DNA of 64,000 nt from Chrysomallon squamiferum (GCA_012295275.1 CM022678.1:12834001-12898000); one strand, 5' to 3'; positions 1 through 14,898 are shown, counted from the first letter of the stretch. The notes: a model not told the origin generated them from the letters alone. Program-made: numbers and translations.

Positions 1-3000
1 TAATACATATCCTTGAGATTCGCGTATCATCCGTCCAGCTAAATTTGTTAATAATAATACATCTGACAGTCACCTATCATCCTTCCAAATCCACTTGTTA
101 ATAATACATCTTCCTGACAGTCACGGATCATCCTTCCCTCTAAACTGATTAATATTAAATCATCTGACAGTCACCTATCATCCTTCCAAATAAACTTGTT
201 AATAATACATATTCCTGACAGTCACGTATCATACTTCCAGCAAAACTGGTTAATAATAATAATACATCTGACAGTCACCTATCATCCTTCCAAATCCACT
301 TGTTAATAATAAATCTTGACAGTCACGGATCATCCTTCCCTCTAAACTGATTAATATTAAATCATCTGACAGTCACCTATCATCCTTCCAAATAAACTTG
401 TTAATAATACATATTCCTGACAGTCACGTATCATCCTTCCAAATAAACTTGTTAATAATACATATTCCTGACAGTCACGTATCATCCTTCCAAATAAACT
501 TTTTAATAATACATATTCCTGACAGTCACGTATCATACTTCCAGCAAAACTGGTTAATAATAATAATACATCTGACAGTCACCTATCATCCTTCCAAATC
601 CACTTGTTAATAATACATCTTCCTGACAGTCACGGATCATCCTTCCCTCTAAACTGATTAATATTAAATCATCTGACAGTCACCTATCATCCTTCCAAAT
701 AAACTTGTTAATAATACATATTCCTGACAGTCACGTATCATACTTCCAGCAAAACTGGTTAATAATAATAATACATCTGACAGTCACCTATCATCCTTCC
801 AAATAAACTTCTTAATAATACATATTCCTGACAGTCACGTATCATACTTCCATCAAGACTGCTTAATAATAATACATCTGACAGTCACCTATCATCCTTC
901 CAAATAAACATTTTAATAATACATATTCCTGGCAGTCACGTATCATCCTTCCCCCTAAATTGGTTAATAATCTTACAGCTGACAGTCACGAATCATCCTA
1001 GCAGCTTAACAAATCGTCTGAAAGTCACTTATTGTCCTTACAAATAAACTTGTTAATAATACATATTCCCGAGACTATTGTATCATCCATCAAGCTAAAC
1101 TGGTTAATAATATTACATCCGGCAGTCACGTATCATACTTCCAAATAAACCTTTTAATAATACATATTCCTGACAGTCACGTATCATTCTTCAAGCTAAA
1201 CTGGTTAATAATATTATATCTGACAGTCACCTATCATACCTCCAAATAAACTTGTTAATAATACAAATTCCTGACAGTCAAGTATTATCCTTCCCGCTAA
1301 ACTGGTTAATAATCTTACAGCTGACAGTCACGAATCATCCTAGCAGCTTAACTGGTTAATAAATCGTCAGAAAGTCACCTATCATCCTTCCAAATAAACT
1401 TCTTAATAATACATTTTCCTGACAGTCACGTATCATACTTCCAGCAAAACTGGTTAGTAATATATCTGACAGTCACGTATCATCCTTCCCGCTAAACTGG
1501 TTAATAATCTTACAGCTGACAGTCACGAATCATCCTAGCAGCTTAACTGGTTAATAAATCGTCTGATAGTCACGTATTGTCCTTACAAATAAACGTTTTA
1601 ATAATACATATTCCTGACAGCAAAACTGGTTAATAATAATACATCTGACAGTAACGTATCATACTTCGAAATTCGCTTGTTAATAATACATCTTCCCGAC
1701 AATCACGGATCATCCTTCCCTCTCAACTGATTAATATTAAATCATCTGACAGTTACGTTTCATCCTTCCAAATAAACTTGTTAATAATACATATTCCTGA
1801 CAGTCATATATCATCCTTCCCGCTAAACTGGTTAATAATAATACATCTGACAGTCACCTATCGTCCTTCCAAATAAACTTGTTAATAATACATATTCCTG
1901 ACAGTCACGTATCATACTTCCATCAAAACTGCTTAATAATAATACATCTGATACCTACGTATCAACCTTCCAAATAAACTTGTTAATAATATCTATTCCT
2001 GTTAGTGACGTATCATACTTACAGCAAAACTGGTTGCTAATAATACACCTGACAGTGACCTATCATCCTTCCAAATAAACTTGTTAATAATACATATTCC
2101 TGACAGTCACGTAGTTTCCTTGCAGTTAAACTTGTTAATAATAATATATCTGAGAGTCACGTATATCCTTACAAATACACTTTTTAATAATACATATCTG
2201 AGAGTAGCGAATCATACTTCCAGCAAAACTGGTTAATAACAATACATCTGAGAGTCACGTATCATCCTTCCAAATAAACTTTTCAATAATACATATTCCT
2301 GACAGTCACGGTCCATCCTTCCAGCTCAACTGGTTAATATTATTACATGGGACAGTCACGTATCATCCTTGCAGCTTAACTGGTTAATAAATCGTCTGAC
2401 AGTCACGTATTGTCCTTCCAAATAAACTTATTAATAATACATATTCCTGAGACTCCTGTATCATCCTTCGAGCTAAACTGGTTAATAATATTACATCCGA
2501 CAGTCACGTATCATACTTCCAAATAAACTTTTTAATAATACATATTCCTGACAGTCACGTATCATACTTACAGCAAAACTGGTTAATAACAATACATCTG
2601 ACAGTAACGTATTATTAAGAAGTGGATTTCGAAGTATGATACATCTTCCTGACAGTCACGGATCATCCTTCCCTCTAAACCGATTCATATTAAATCATCT
2701 GACAGTCATGTATCATCCTTCCAAATAAACTTGTTAATAATACACATTGGTGACAGTCACATATCATCCTTCCCGCTAAACTGGTTAATAATATTACATC
2801 TGACAGTCACCTATCATCCTTCCAAATAAAATTATTAATAATACATATTCCTGACAGTCACGTATCATACTTCCAGCAAAACTGGTTAATAATAATAATA
2901 CATCTGACAGTCACCTATCATCCTTCCAAATAAACTTGTTAATAATACATATTCCTGACAGTCACGTATCATACTTCCAGCAAAACTGGTTAATAATAAT

Positions 3001-5880
3001 ATATCTGACAGTCACGTATCATCCATCCAAATAAACTTGTTAATAATACATATTCCTGACAGTCATGTATCATTCTTTAAGCTAAACTGGTTAATAATAT
3101 TATATCTGACAGTCACGTATCATCCTTCCAAATAAACCTTTTAATAATACATATTCCTGACAGTCACGTATCATCCTTCCAAATAAACTTGTTAATAATA
3201 CTTATTCATGACAGTCATGTATCATTCTTCAAGCTAAACTGGTTAATAATATTATATCTGACAGTCACGTATCATCCATCGAAATAAACTTGTTTATAAT
3301 ACATTTTCCTGACAGTCACGTATCGTACTTACAACAAAACTGGTTAATAATAATACGTCTGACAATCACTTATCATCCTTCCAAATAAACGTTTTAATAA
3401 TACATATTCCTGACAGTCACGTATCATCCTTCCCGCTAAGCTGGTTAATAATATTACATCAGACAGTCACGAATCATCCTAGCAGCTTAACTGGTTAATA
3501 AACCGTCTGACAGTCATGTATTGTCCTTAGAAATAAACTTTTTAATAATACATATTCCTGACAGTAACGTATCATACTTCGAAATTCGCTTGTTAATAAT
3601 ACATCTTTCTGACAGTCACGGATCATCCTTCCCTCTAAACTGATTAATATTAAATCATATGACAGTCACGTATGATCCTTCCGAATAAACTTGTTAATAA
3701 TACATATTGCTGACAGTCACGTATCATACTTCCTGCAAAACTGGTTAATAAAAATACATCTGACAGTAACGTATCATACTTCGAAATCCGCTTGTTAATA
3801 ATACATATTCCTGACACTCACGGAACATCCTTCCCTCTAAACTCATTAATATTAAATCATCTGACAGTCACGTATCATCCTTCCAAATAAACTTGTTAAT
3901 AGTACACATTAATGAAAGTCACATATCATCCTTCCCGCTAAACTGGTTAATAATATTACATCTGACAGTCACCTATCATCCTTCGAAATAAACTTGTTAA
4001 TAATACATATTCCTGACAGTCACGTATCATCCTTCGAACTAAACTTATTAATGATACATCTGACAGGTAGACAGGTTAATAATAATACATCTGATAGTTA
4101 CGTGTCATCCTTCCCGCTAAACTGCTTACTAATATTACAACTGACAGTCACGTATCATCCATCCAAATAAACTTGTTAATAATACATATTCCTGACAGTC
4201 ACGTGTCATACTTCCAGCAAAACTGGTTAATAATAATACATCTGACAGTAACGTATCATACTTCGAAATCCGCTTGTTAATAATACATCTTCCTGACACT
4301 CACGGAACATCCTTCCCTCTAAACTCATTAATATTAAATCATCTGACAGTCACGTATCATCCTTCCAAATAAACTTGTTAATAGTACACATTACTGAAAG
4401 TCACATATCATCCTTCCCGCTAAACTGGTTAATAATATTACATCTGACAGTCACCTATCATCCTTCGAAATAAACTTGTTAATAATACATATTCTGACAG
4501 TCACGTATCATCCTTCGAACTAAACTTATTAATGATACATCTGACAGGTAGACAGGTTAATAATAATACATCTGATAGTTACGTGTCATCCTTCCCGCTA
4601 AACTGCTTACTAATATTACAACTGACAGTCACGTATCATCCATCCAAATAAACTTGTTAATAATACATATTCCTGACAGTCACGTATCATTCTTCAACTA
4701 AACTGGTTAATAATAATATATCTGACAGTCACGTATCATCCATCCAAATAAACTTGTTAATAATACATATTCCTGACAGTCACGTATCATTCTTGAAGCT
4801 AAACTGGTTAACAATATTATATCTGACAGTCACGTATCATCCTTCCAAATAAACCTTTTAATAATACATATTCCTGACAGTCACGTATCATCCTTCCAAA
4901 TAAACTTGTTAATAATACATATTCCTGACAGTCACGTATCATCCTTCCCGCTAAACTGATTAATAATATTACAACTGACAGTCACGTATCATCCTTGCAG
5001 TTTAACTGGTTAATATTAAATCGTCTGACAGTCACGTATCATCCTTTCAAATAAACTTTTTAATAATACATATTCCTGAGACTCCTGTATCATCCTTCCC
5101 GCTAAATTGGTTAATAATATTACATCTGACAGTCACCTATCATCTTTCCAAATAAACTTTTTAATAATACATATATTCCTGACAGTCACGTATCTTTCTT
5201 CCACCTAAACTGGTTAATAATAATAAATATCTGACAGTCATGTGTGAACCTTCCAAATAATTTTGTTAATAATACATATTCCTGACAGTCACGTATCATC
5301 CTTCCAGCTAAATTCGTTAATAATATTACATCTGAGAGTGATGTTAGATCCTTGCAAATACACTTGTTAATAATACATATCCCTGACAGTTGCGTATCAT
5401 CCTTCCAACTAAACTTGTTAATGATAAATCTGACAGTCAGGTAGACTGGTTAATAATAATACATCTGACAGTCACCTATCATCCTTCCCGGTAAACTGCT
5501 TAATAATATTACAACTGACAGTCACGCATCATCCTTGCAGCTTAACTGGTTAATATTAAATCGTCTGACAGTCAGGTATCGTCCTTTCAAATAAACTTGT
5601 TAATAATACATATTCCTGAGACTCCTGTATCATCCTTCCCGCTAAAATGGTTAATAATATTACATCTGACAGTCACCTATCATCTTTCCAAATAAACTTT
5701 TTAATAATACATATTCCTGACAGTCACGTATCATACTTCCAGCAAAACTGGTTAATAATAATACATCTGACAGTCAGGTGTGATCCTTCCAAATAAAGTT
5801 GTTAATAATACATAGCCCTGAGAGTCGCTTATCATACTTCCAGCTTAACTGGTTAATAATAATACATCCTTCCAGCTAAA
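1..5880. repeat. Satellite array, ~51-bp monomer (consensus TGACAGTCACGTATCATCCTTCCAAATAAACTTGTTAATAATACATATTCC), roughly 115 copies, runs off the window start; lies in a tetraspanin intron
   Basis: Continuous head-to-tail copies are visible. The 17-aa period of ORF 398..610 confirms 51 bp. Two monomer variants often alternate (...CCAAATAAACTTGTTAATAATACATATTCC and ...CAGCAAAACTGGTTAATAATAATACATC). Confidence 0.97.
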
Positions 5881-6095
5881 TCGTGAACGAAGCATCATGA
5901 ACAGACATTAATAGAAACATTCTGAAATTATGTTCAGCACAATGATCACACCCATAAACTATTTCTTTTATCTTTTTTCCTCTCTTAAATACACGAATAG
6001 ACCCCTGACGGAGGCATACTGAAAAATATGCCTACGCCAAACTCTTGGCCCTCCCCTTTTTTATGTGTTGGACCTACCCAGAGTGTAATACTCAC

Positions 6096-8284
6096 ATCTT
6101 TCTGAAGTTTATTTAACGCCTCTGTAAAAATGTCATTGGTATTTGTCCCATCATATTTAGTTTTTATATTTTTCATTATTTCTGTGTCCAGTCTCTGTTC
6201 CCACTGAAACAGAAAGGTAAACAAATTTTCAATAACATAAACAGCAACAACTATAACAAAAACAATAAAAAATAAATAAGTATATAAATAAATAAATAAT
6301 GATTCACAAAAGACTAACTGGTTCCATAGTTTTGTCTGACAGATGTTTATATAAAGACTTGTTACATCTTATACAGTTAGATTCACCACAATGACACACC
6401 CTCTTTCTCAAGCCACCCATAGTTACGATTTTCTTACCTCGGTTTTGAACAAGATGCCCAGTACAATGGCTGATACTTGAACCGCAATCAGTAGCGTCAA
6501 AACAACCACATACTGAAAATATACTAATTAATGTTATTACAACAACAGCAACTATGATATAATACAATAAAAATAGAATTAGTAATAACAGTAGTAGTAG
6601 TAGATGCAATGGTAGTTGTGGTGGTGGTGGTAATAATAATAATCATAATCATAATCATAATCATAATCATAATCATAATCTTAAAAATAATAATGATATT
6701 TATGTTTTTTTATATATGTACATTAATCTACACACTGAATACATAATTAGTAATTAAAAAAGTAAATTTTATAATAAGAATAATATTTGTGTTTGTGTAT
6801 ATGTTGCTGTTCATATTAATCGTATATATATTAATATCAGATACACTTAGTATTTTCTATGGTCCCTATAAATGTACCGTTCTTATTCCTGCCTAACCGG
6901 ATCTCTCTCTAAAATTTAATTAAATTGTTGTGCATGTTATATCTTCTTTTTATGACTATTAAATTGCATAAATAATTAAAGGTTAATACTTGATTATATT
7001 GTTACATTATATATTTAATATACTTGATTTTTTGGAGTACTTATGTTGATGAGCATGTCAAAAAAAAAAAAAAAAAAAAGAATAATAATAATATGAAATC
7101 AAAAAAAATAAAAACAAAAACTTTTTAAAATTAAAATAAAACAAACAATAGACAATAAGTAATACTCAGTAAGTAATGTCACTGCATATTTATGTATTAT
7201 AATTCATCGTATGCGTAACATATCCAGACTACGCATGCATACGCAAGTTCGTGACTGTAGTTACATATTTTATTGCCTATGTATACTAGTATATCAAAAC
7301 ATGCCAAATAACAAAACTAGTGACGTACTAATGATAGCAGACACACACTGGTTGAAATGGCGGCAAAGATTCCGATTATACCAAACGCTAACGTAGCCGC
7401 TCCTCCCGTAAGCAACACGATCGCGCCGTCTCTGACAAAAGCCTCGTTAACGACGTCAGTGTTGATGAAACTACTGAAGTTACTGAAGAACGAGTTTTCA
7501 TCAAGTATGACCCATATTCCCGTTCCAACTGCTGCAGCTCCAATTAGCTGTGAAAATGGTTGTCACACGAGAAATGCATGAATAAGATTTCAAAAACGTA
7601 TAAACTAGGTAGTCGTGTAGTAAGAAACTTAAAATCTTTAAATATGTATTTATAAGTAAATAATATTTTTTTCATTATCTTCAGAATTTAATAAGAATGA
7701 ATATATGTTAAGATTTTGAAAAAGCATGATGAAATGGTCATGTAGTAAGAAATAAAAATCAGTAAATATATTATGTGTAAGTAAATAGTATTTTTGTTCA
7801 TTTCTTCAGAATTTAGCTAATTTGAACAACATACGTGAATAAGATTTTAAAAAAACAAGATAAAATATTAATGTAATACGAAATTTAAAATCGATTTTAT
7901 GAGTGTGTGTGTGTGTGTAAATAGTATTTTTATTCATATCTTCAAAATTTATTAAGTAAGAATAGAGTTAAGATGATTTTTTTAAAAATCCGTTTTCAAA
8001 TGATCATGAATTAATAAATAAAAATTAGTAAATAATTACGGAAACTAACTAAATATTTGTAATTTAATTTTGTTAATTATTTGTAAAATTTAGTAAATAA
8101 ATAAAAATAGAATTTACAGATAATAATAATACTTTAAATAATATTTATGATAATATCAAGATGAATTTCTGATACTTGTAGTCGAAGATCTATGGAGTAT
8201 AATTATTTTTAAATGACTAAATCTTACCAGTATAGGAATGTTGAAGAAAATGATGGAAAATCGCAAACACCCCTTTAGTGTCAT
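6096..8284 (-). CDS. Tetraspanin, 5' part (TM1-TM3 and start of the large extracellular loop); 3' exons lie outside the window
   Basis: Four phase-0 GT-AG exons: 8284-8228 (MTLKGCLRFSIIFFNIPIL), 7547-7329 (LIGAAAVGTGIWVILDENSFF...FGIIGIFAAISTSVCLLSL), 6512-6438 (YVVVLTLLIAVQVSAIVLGILFKTE), 6203-6096 (WEQRLDTEIMKNIKTKYDGTNTNDIFTEALNKLQKD). Tetraspanin hallmarks are C..F..FN in TM1, G.GIW, a polar Q in TM3, and the EC2 helices ending in LQ just before the expected CCG motif. Confidence 0.9.
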
Positions 8285-8320
8285 TACTGTGATAGTGGTA
8301 AAAAATCTGAAATAATAATA

Positions 8321-8380
<60 letters not shown>

Positions 8381-8830
8381 TCATTATCATCATCAACAAC
8401 AACAATAAAAATAATAATAAATAACAGTAATACCAATAATAATTACTATCATGATTTCAGTGAAATAAACGCTATTTTATTTATAAAAGAAAATATAGTC
8501 ATGAAATAAAAATCAAAAATAATAAATCCATAGGTACATGTATGAAATAATTAACTGATGCTGTTTGTTATTTCATTTTTGATAGGACGCGTGGAATTAA
8601 CAGTGTTTCAGAACGCAGGAAGTCACCTTTTAGAAATATCATTAAAAGACTGAGTCTATGAGCCGTTCCTCTCCCTCTCTTCGCCTAATATTTATTGCAT
8701 TTCGTTTAGTTCATGTCTTATCTATTTTTAATTAATACACTTAGGTGTGGCCGAGGCACTGCAGGGTGTCTGAGGGTAACTGTCCCATTTGACACGTTGT
8801 AAATCTGGACCTGCATTTACTTTTACTTAT

Positions 8831-9081
<251 letters not shown>

Positions 9082-9654
9082 TTAGTATATCACATGCAAG
9101 TCGATCACCATGACAACGTGTACATGTTTTTGAACATCATGTTAATTTGTACTAGAACCTCGAGGCAGATAGCGTGAGAACTATGACCTATATCAACACT
9201 TGCAGATAAATACAAAAAACCCTTTAAAACTGTGCAGTTCAGTGACTGTTACTTCATCAAATAAGAAAACAAACAAACAAAAAATAAATAAATAAATAAA
9301 TAAAACAAATAAATAACAAAATAAATATCAAAACAAATAAATAACAAAATAAATAAATTAAATAAATAAATAAATAAATAATAAATAAATAGGTAAATAA
9401 ATTAGTAAATAACAAAACAAATAAATAAATAAAAGATACAAACACATACTGGTAGTATGTAAAGAAAACAGAAATTAAAAAAAAAAAAAAAAAAAATTCA
9501 GTGTTTCGACAGCATTTTCCATTGTTATTGTATCATGTCTAAGCAGTTTAAATCTGTGAAGGTAAAGAAATTCATCAACAATACAGTCAGATAACAAAAA
9601 TGTGAAATATTTTTCTATATAACACGTAAAAAACAAACGTCAGATAACAAACAC

Positions 9655-9686
<32 letters not shown>

Positions 9687-9855
9687 AGAACTCCATCTAT
9701 TTACATAAAACATATTACATACATTCCTGATATAAAAATAAAAATATGTATATTTCGATAGAGCTTTTGCCAAACTAAATAAAGTTTTATAAATTAATAA
9801 TAAATAAATAAATAAATAATAAATAAATAACTAAATAAATAAATTAATTAATTAA

Positions 9856-9898
<43 letters not shown>

Positions 9899-10789
9899 AC
9901 AAATAAATAAATAAATAATAAATAAATAAATAAACTCTACTAAATTAACTGCTCATGCTTATTTCAACAAGCTAACAAACAACAAATACGTATTTTTTCT
10001 ACTTTCTTTTTTTTCTTTTTTTCCCTCCACAATGAATGTTTAGCCATACAAGTGACGCGTTGTACAGGAAGTTCGTTGTTTTATTACTCTTTACATTTAA
10101 AATGTCACAAACCCAATACCCAATACTATAATGAGATATTTAACAAAACTGTATAAATCCAGAGAAAATTGAAAAAAAAAAATAAAAACAATAAAAACAA
10201 TGTTTTACTCGGGTTTCGAGGAAACAAATCACGAAACTGTTTGGAACGAGAAAAAAACGATTTGAAGCAGCCGAGTGGGAGTTAACGCATTTCAAACAAA
10301 CAACTGTTGTAAACAAGTAAAAGAAATCGTCTTGCAGTAAAATCTATACTCACTCGACATTGATCTATCGACTGCTCAAACGTCATCGCGCGAACTTAAC
10401 AAAAACATAAAACACAAAGACATGAAAATAACCTTGTTTACTTTATTAATATTTTATTTCTGCTTATTGATAATGTTGCCTGTGAAATGGCAGCAGCTGA
10501 AGAATTTTCTCTTTTAAATTTTTTTTAAAACAAAAGGCTAATAATTAACATCAAGTTAAATAAAAAGTAGTTTTTTTTCATCTGTATAAATTAATATATG
10601 CTTGATGATGATAATAATGATCGTGATGATTAATTATAACAAGAATAATAATTAAAATACTAATATCAATAACAATAAATAAATAAGTAAATAAATAAAT
10701 AATTGAAAAATAGAAACCAAAAAATCTCCTTCTCAAATAAATAAGTAATGTTTGTTCAAACGACTCAATAATAAAATAATTTAATCATT

Positions 10790-10859
<70 letters not shown>

Positions 10860-11926
10860 CGTTTTTATATGTATATTTTACACAATATACTTCGAATATA
10901 TTCATATACAACTAAAGCTTTACACATATATAAAATGTTTCTGGAGGTAAATGTAACAGCGAGTAGAAAACCAGTGAAGCATATAAAATGTAATTAATTT
11001 AATTATTGCAAACACTGAGCTTAGTGCCTGGACATGACGCAGCTGTCGCTGTATCTCGAGGGGCGGTGTCCACGATGTCGTTAAATTCCACAATAATTTT
11101 TGTTATTGATCGAAAGCCATGTAATAAATTGTTTATATATATATGTATTATTATTATTTTTTACCCCCTGAAAGAATAATCTAATGAAGAAATTAATGAA
11201 GTGATAGCCGAAAGGATGATAGATAAATACAAATGTATCGGTGTTTTAAATATTTTAATTTGTTGTACAATTTGCAGACTGAGAAAATTGTTGCTTAGCA
11301 ACAAGATATATTTTACAAAACCTTCCCTTGAACAGAATGACACATGTGATGTTTTCCACATAGGAATGAACTGTTCAAAAAACATTTGTAACATACATTT
11401 TCTCTTCGTAACTATTTGTTTAGGATGTTCTGATAACGATAAAGAATTTCAGGTGTTCTACTTGTTGTTGTTGTTGGTGGTGGTGGTTATGCTGCTGTTG
11501 ATTTTGTTAGTTTTGTTGGTATTATATCAAGAAATATTTTTCACAAGATCAAGCTGACAAAAACAAATGTACGTCAAACCATTTCTCGTCGTGTCTCATT
11601 CATTCACAACATTTTGATTAACGGGATAAAAATTAAAATGATTTCTTCTCTAACTCCAGCTCCGTAACATGCAAATGTCTTTTTAATTATTACTATTTAT
11701 TACTACTTTTTATTACTACTTTTTATTATTACCTCTCTAATCTCAGTCTGATTGTTAATCAATGCAATGCAAGCTGGTAATAAAAACCACAGAAAACTCT
11801 TTATAATCAGCACGAGTTTCACGATTCACATGGTGTGCGCAGTCAACCGTGACGTTAAAAAATAAACAAGTAAATAAGTAAATATGACTCACATGGGTGG
11901 AAAGGAAGACAGGTAAAGAGATAGAG

Positions 11927-11983
<57 letters not shown>

Positions 11984-13615
11984 ATAATTAAAATTCTGCT
12001 CTCACATACATACATGCATATAGTATATGCGTGTGTATGTGTATAAATTTGTATGTGTGTGTGTGTGTGTTTGTTGTGTGTGTATGCATACAAACGTGTA
12101 CACACACACACACACACACATATATAAACACACACACAATTCATATGGACACAAGCAAATACTATATTCATCTGTACGTTTGTATGTATGTATGTACGTA
12201 TATATGTAAGAGAGTAGAAACTGAATTATTAAAGTTAAGTAGCATTGACTAACAAGGACAGAACTAAGGACATCGACAGGCCTCATCCACGAATTCACAT
12301 CTCTGCATTAAACTGCAGCTTTGCTCCATCTTTTCGATAAAGCATTTTAAACAGAGAATCCTAACTGCAGGAATTATTGATTGCTAATGTTGCAGACTGG
12401 AAGGTGGGATCAGAGCTGGCAAGACGCAAAGGAGAAGGCGCGGATCGATTGGAAGCTTAATTAAAACAGCGTTAATTGTACACACAGGCCTCGTAAAATT
12501 AGTCCATATATACCAACCCGGTAACAGTACGAGTGTATAACGTTGTATGTTTGTATGTGTGTGTGTGTTGTGTGTGTCTGTATGTGGGTATGACTGTGTT
12601 TGTCTGTGTGTGTATGTGTGTATGTCTGTATGTGTTTATGTGTGTGTATTATGGTGTGATACAGACTGACTGTGTGTAACTCATGTATTTATGTATGTAT
12701 GTAGTTATGTATGTATTATTTGGGTGTGGGTTTATATTAGTCATCAGTTCTTCTTTGTATACAATCATTATGTATAATTTTTTATACGGCAATAGACTGT
12801 AGTTAAGTGTACGTAGTGCGTCTCAAAAATGTAGTGGGTACACAAACATGAGTCATGATTGTACGTCAGTACGTTCGTTAAAATAATTCTCTAGTACGAG
12901 CATAAACTACAAAGTGTACATTTACATACAATTATAAATTTATATCCCATACTATTCACGTTCTTAGAAAGTAGCTAAGTATGCAAAAGTCTTAAAATAA
13001 ATGATACGTTTGAAAACACAGATCACTAAACTATTCGGTTGCGTGTCTTGCAGCAGAATATGATTCTTCAAATGAACATTTGTATTCCAAGTATCGTCTG
13101 TCTTTGAAAATATACACTATATGTTAATTGATTATATGCTAAGAGTTCATTTGCAAATGGGTTTCTGAAATAGATGTTTTTTAAACGGACGATGCTCCCG
13201 ATATATTTATATATATCCTTTGTTAAGAGTATGTAGAAGCACTTACGTATGTATATAGAATCAAATAGTGTACGTCTATGTCTAGCGTATACTTTACGTT
13301 TCTTAAATAACTTTAAGAACATGTTGAAAGACTGTCGTATTCTTTACGATTTATAGATCACGTTAAGAACACGTAGGAAACCGTAGTAATATACGTATAT
13401 ATCTATCGTATTCTTTAATCTTTACGTTTCATAAATAACTTTTAGAACTTTTAGAGACAGTTAAATAATGTAACTTTATATCTTTCGTATTTTTTGCGAC
13501 TTATCGATAACGTTAAGAACATGTAGAAACACTTTATGTTCGTATGTTACATACATCGTATTCTTTAGGTGTCACTGATAACATGAATACGTACAACTAA
13601 GTCTACATGTGTGTA

Positions 13616-14898
13616 GGGTAAGACCGGGTAATTCTGGCCCCCGAGGTCTATTATGACTTGCTGTCGCTACACTGCTGTGTCCAAATTTCTGGAACCTTGT
13701 TGATATAAATAGAACTTTCCTGTCTCTCAATGGAAGAAAGATGTAGGTAATCAGCCATTTACACATGGAGTATAGTGGCCATGGAAAGTAATGAAAACAA
13801 CAAGTTTGTAAACAAGTGCATTTTGAGGTTTCAAAAGTGAGTGTTATTTGTTTAGTCCTATAGGTATCAGTTTAGTTATAACAGGTAAACATATAATCAG
13901 TTATTAAGTTCAGCAGAACTTGATTAATATGTGATAATTAGGCAAGAAATACGTGTTTTATTTTACTCCACCACTTGGGGGAAGTTCTGGCCCCCATGGA
14001 TTTGGCCCCCATATATGGTGATGAAATCAATAGTTTTGGCATTGATAGAGTCCATTCTGAGTTTTACTTAAGTTTTTTTGAAACAATTGAAAGCCCACGG
14101 TCCATCTGGTGGGGCACGTTGTCAAACTTGAAATAAAATCAAGAGGATGAGGCATTGACAGCAGAGGAAAGTGTCAAGCGCTATGAAGAAGAGTTGGCAG
14201 AGAAGAAGAAGCAGAAGGAGAAAGAAAAAGCAAACAAAACAAAGGTAAGAGCGGCAAAACTATAAAAAGAAAAAAAAAAAAAAAAAAAAAAGAATGAAGA
14301 AGAAGAAACCAAAGTCAAAATGGAAGTTCAGTTTGAATGTTACAGCAGAACCAGTGGATGCAGTCAAAGAAAACGTTGATGGTGATGAGTCTGAACTAGA
14401 AGACAGAGATGTAGTAGATACACAAGGAAAATGTGAATTCTGTGGCAGAGTTGATGATGGAATGAATTCTGACGAGTTCATAGGATGTGACGTGTGCCCA
14501 TATTGGTATTGTCTTGATCCTTGCGCAAACCTCGAAATCCCAGCTGGTGCAGACTTGAAAGATATTGTATTCTTATGTCATATTTGTCAAGGAGTTTAGT
14601 TTATTGAAGTTTTGAATCTGTCTTGTATTATGATTAGGATTATCTATTATTAGCAGTAAACAATGGTTGCATAGCAGTAATCTGTACAACAAATTTGAGG
14701 ACCAAACTACACCATGAATGTGGGGGCCAGATTTACCCCATTTCAAAAGTATAAGCACTATGCATCTAGTGTTTGTGTATTTTGAAGCAGAAATAGCTAT
14801 ACTACACATTATTCACTCCGTTTTGTTATTTCCTTTTGTCTGTGAAACTGTAGGTGAGGATGAATGGAAAAGGGGGTCAGAATTACCCCACCCAACCC
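13616..14898 (+). mobile_element. Non-autonomous (internally deleted) pogo/Tc1-mariner-superfamily DNA transposon, 1283 bp, TA target-site duplication
   Basis: The left end reads TA|GGGTAAGACCGGGTAATTCTGGCCCCC (13616-13642). The right end, reverse-complemented, reads TA|GGGTTGGGTGGGGTAATTCTGACCCCC (14872-14898). TA sits at 13614-15 and 14899-900. Internal copies of the TIR core occur at 13977-13995, ~14000-14010 and inverted at 14722-14739. The element carries a remnant transposase C-terminus. Confidence 0.85.
14149..14599 (+). pseudogene. Transposase C-terminal remnant: EALTAEE-charged helix, Lys-rich and acidic stretches, PHD-type zinc finger
   Basis: EALTAEESVKRYEEELAEKKKQKEKEK from 14149, a stop at 14263-65 and a frameshift in a poly-A run, then ORF 14294..14599 with CEFC...FIGCDVCPYWYCLDPC...FLCHIC (PHD spacing). 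No HTH or DDE core fits inside the element. Confidence 0.75.

Noticed and set aside
398-610. 70-aa ORF with a 17-aa period
   Set aside because: Chance open frame through 51-bp satellite monomers.
1-5880. CRISPR-like regular repeat array
   Set aside because: The sequence between conserved cores is itself repeated rather than unique spacer, there are no cas genes, and the context is a eukaryotic intron. It is a satellite.
6304-6609. Cys-rich 101-aa ORF resembling a TM plus toxin/metal-binding peptide
   Set aside because: Wrong-frame read-through of tetraspanin exon 6512-6438 plus intron; the phase-consistent frame encodes TM3.
7357-7581. Plus-strand 74-aa ORF
   Set aside because: Antisense shadow of tetraspanin exon 7547-7329.
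11755-12298. His/Thr- and Cys/Val-rich ORFs (also at 26707-27163 and 52867-53172)
   Set aside because: Translations of (CA)n/(TG)n microsatellites.
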